From an uncultured Candidatus Saccharibacteria bacterium (lineage in GTDB: Bacteria; Patescibacteriota; Minisyncoccia; Phycocordibacterales; UBA9973): DNA of 45,900 nt. The translations under genes and the position numbers were made by a program. Shown one piece after another: positions 45,727 through 45,900 of the stretch; the first letter of the stretch is position 1; each line of letters opens with the position of its first letter. The stretch is taken from positions 1-45,900 of the forward strand of contig CAYIUH010000001.1 in assembly GCA_964366625.1 (NCBI GenBank), written 5' to 3'. The notes under the pieces were generated by a model. It was not told the DNA's origin and did no database searches. It saw nothing but the letters and a program-made list of their open reading frames with translations.

Positions 45727-45871
45727 GAACTCCTCACGGAGTTCGATTATTTTTTTTATGTTTTTTCTACCAATATCAGACTCCTATTTGTCCGCCATCT
45801 ATTTGGCTGGACGGAGTCTTTTCTAATATTGTTGCAGGCAGTTCAATCCCGTAGGGATTGTATGTTGGTAG
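45727..45871. other. Palindrome-rich, probably structured non-coding region upstream of ugd
   Basis: Four perfect 7-bp inverted repeats. (1) GAACTCC-TCAC-GGAGTTC at 45727-45744. (2) AGACTCC (45778-84) with GGAGTCT (45813-19), with a nested pairing GTCCGCC/GGC(T)GGAC. (3) CAATCCC-GTA-GGGATTG at 45844-45860. (4) An outer pair CTACCAA (45767-73) with TTGGTAG (45865-71). Confidence 0.45.
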
Positions 45872-45900
45872 ATGTATAAAACCAAAGTCAAATTGTTGCA

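Noticed and set aside
45727-45757. The hairpin GAACTCC-TCAC-GGAGTTC plus a T-run as a rho-independent terminator on the plus strand.
   Set aside because: No plus-strand gene ends here, since the region to the left is antisense to ugd. The T-run is offset 5 nt from the stem. On the minus strand it is preceded by A's rather than followed by U's.
45767-45871. A tRNA or tRNA-like gene, suggested by a 7-bp 'acceptor-like' outer stem (CTACCAA/TTGGTAG) and a GTTCAATCC string.
   Set aside because: The span is 105 nt. There is no 5-bp/7-nt T-arm adjacent to the 3' strand, no D-arm and no anticodon arm in register.
1249-45879. All plus-strand ORFs in the supplied track (60-155 aa; for example 14731-15123, 27140-27532, 45057-45524).
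   Set aside because: Every one lies antisense within a long, family-recognisable minus-strand gene. Each has low-complexity or odd composition and no recognisable motifs. I treat them as shadow ORFs.
1-45900. A CRISPR array, a prophage, a defence island, or a classical mobile element (IS, integrase, tRNA att site) explaining the GC mosaic.
   Set aside because: There are no regularly spaced direct repeats. There are no nuclease-, transposase-, integrase- or phage-like ORFs, and no tRNA. Every sizeable ORF reads as glycan biosynthesis, apart from lhgO and the hydrolase fragment.

Overview
This 45.9-kb window is almost entirely one long surface-polysaccharide biosynthesis locus on the minus strand. 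It is of the Wzx/Wzy-dependent O-antigen or capsule type. About 44 minus-strand genes are separated by short gaps or by 1-14 nt overlaps. The left edge carries the 3' end of a convergent plus-strand hydrolase gene and a bidirectional hairpin terminator.

The locus reads as three blocks:
- Very AT-rich left arm (0.2-9.5 kb): an outer-membrane barrel protein, a Wzy/ligase-like protein, a CapD/WbpM-type dehydratase, a small phosphoglycosyl transferase, a WbuB-type GT4, and fnlC and fnlB of the UDP-L-FucNAc pathway. A four-helix-bundle ('23S rRNA IVS protein') cassette is wedged between fnlB and fnlC.
- Visibly GC-richer central block (about 9.46-43.4 kb). It starts exactly at fnlA. It holds glycosyltransferases interleaved with many methyltransferases, an FdtA/aminotransferase set, a second Wzy, a Wzx, and a 15-kb sugar-nucleotide tailoring block. 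That tailoring block contains a GmhA-like isomerase, a domain-permuted HldE-like kinase/nucleotidyltransferase, a split transketolase, a HAD protein, an APH-like kinase, two C-methyltransferase-like proteins, a cupin, SDRs and an MDR dehydrogenase. The central block ends in a 5'-truncated nucleotide-sugar dehydrogenase remnant followed by lhgO.
- AT-rich right arm: a frameshifted UDP-glucuronate decarboxylase, ugd, and a palindrome-rich non-coding region.

I saw no rRNA, tRNA, CRISPR array, transposase or integrase. Start codons lack obvious Shine-Dalgarno motifs, which suggests Bacteroidota/Ignavibacteria-like expression signals (inference). All functional calls come from reading motifs in the supplied translations and from memory of protein families. 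No searches or computations beyond hand counting were possible. The most interesting candidate is the central tailoring block, which does not match any characterised sugar-nucleotide pathway I can name.
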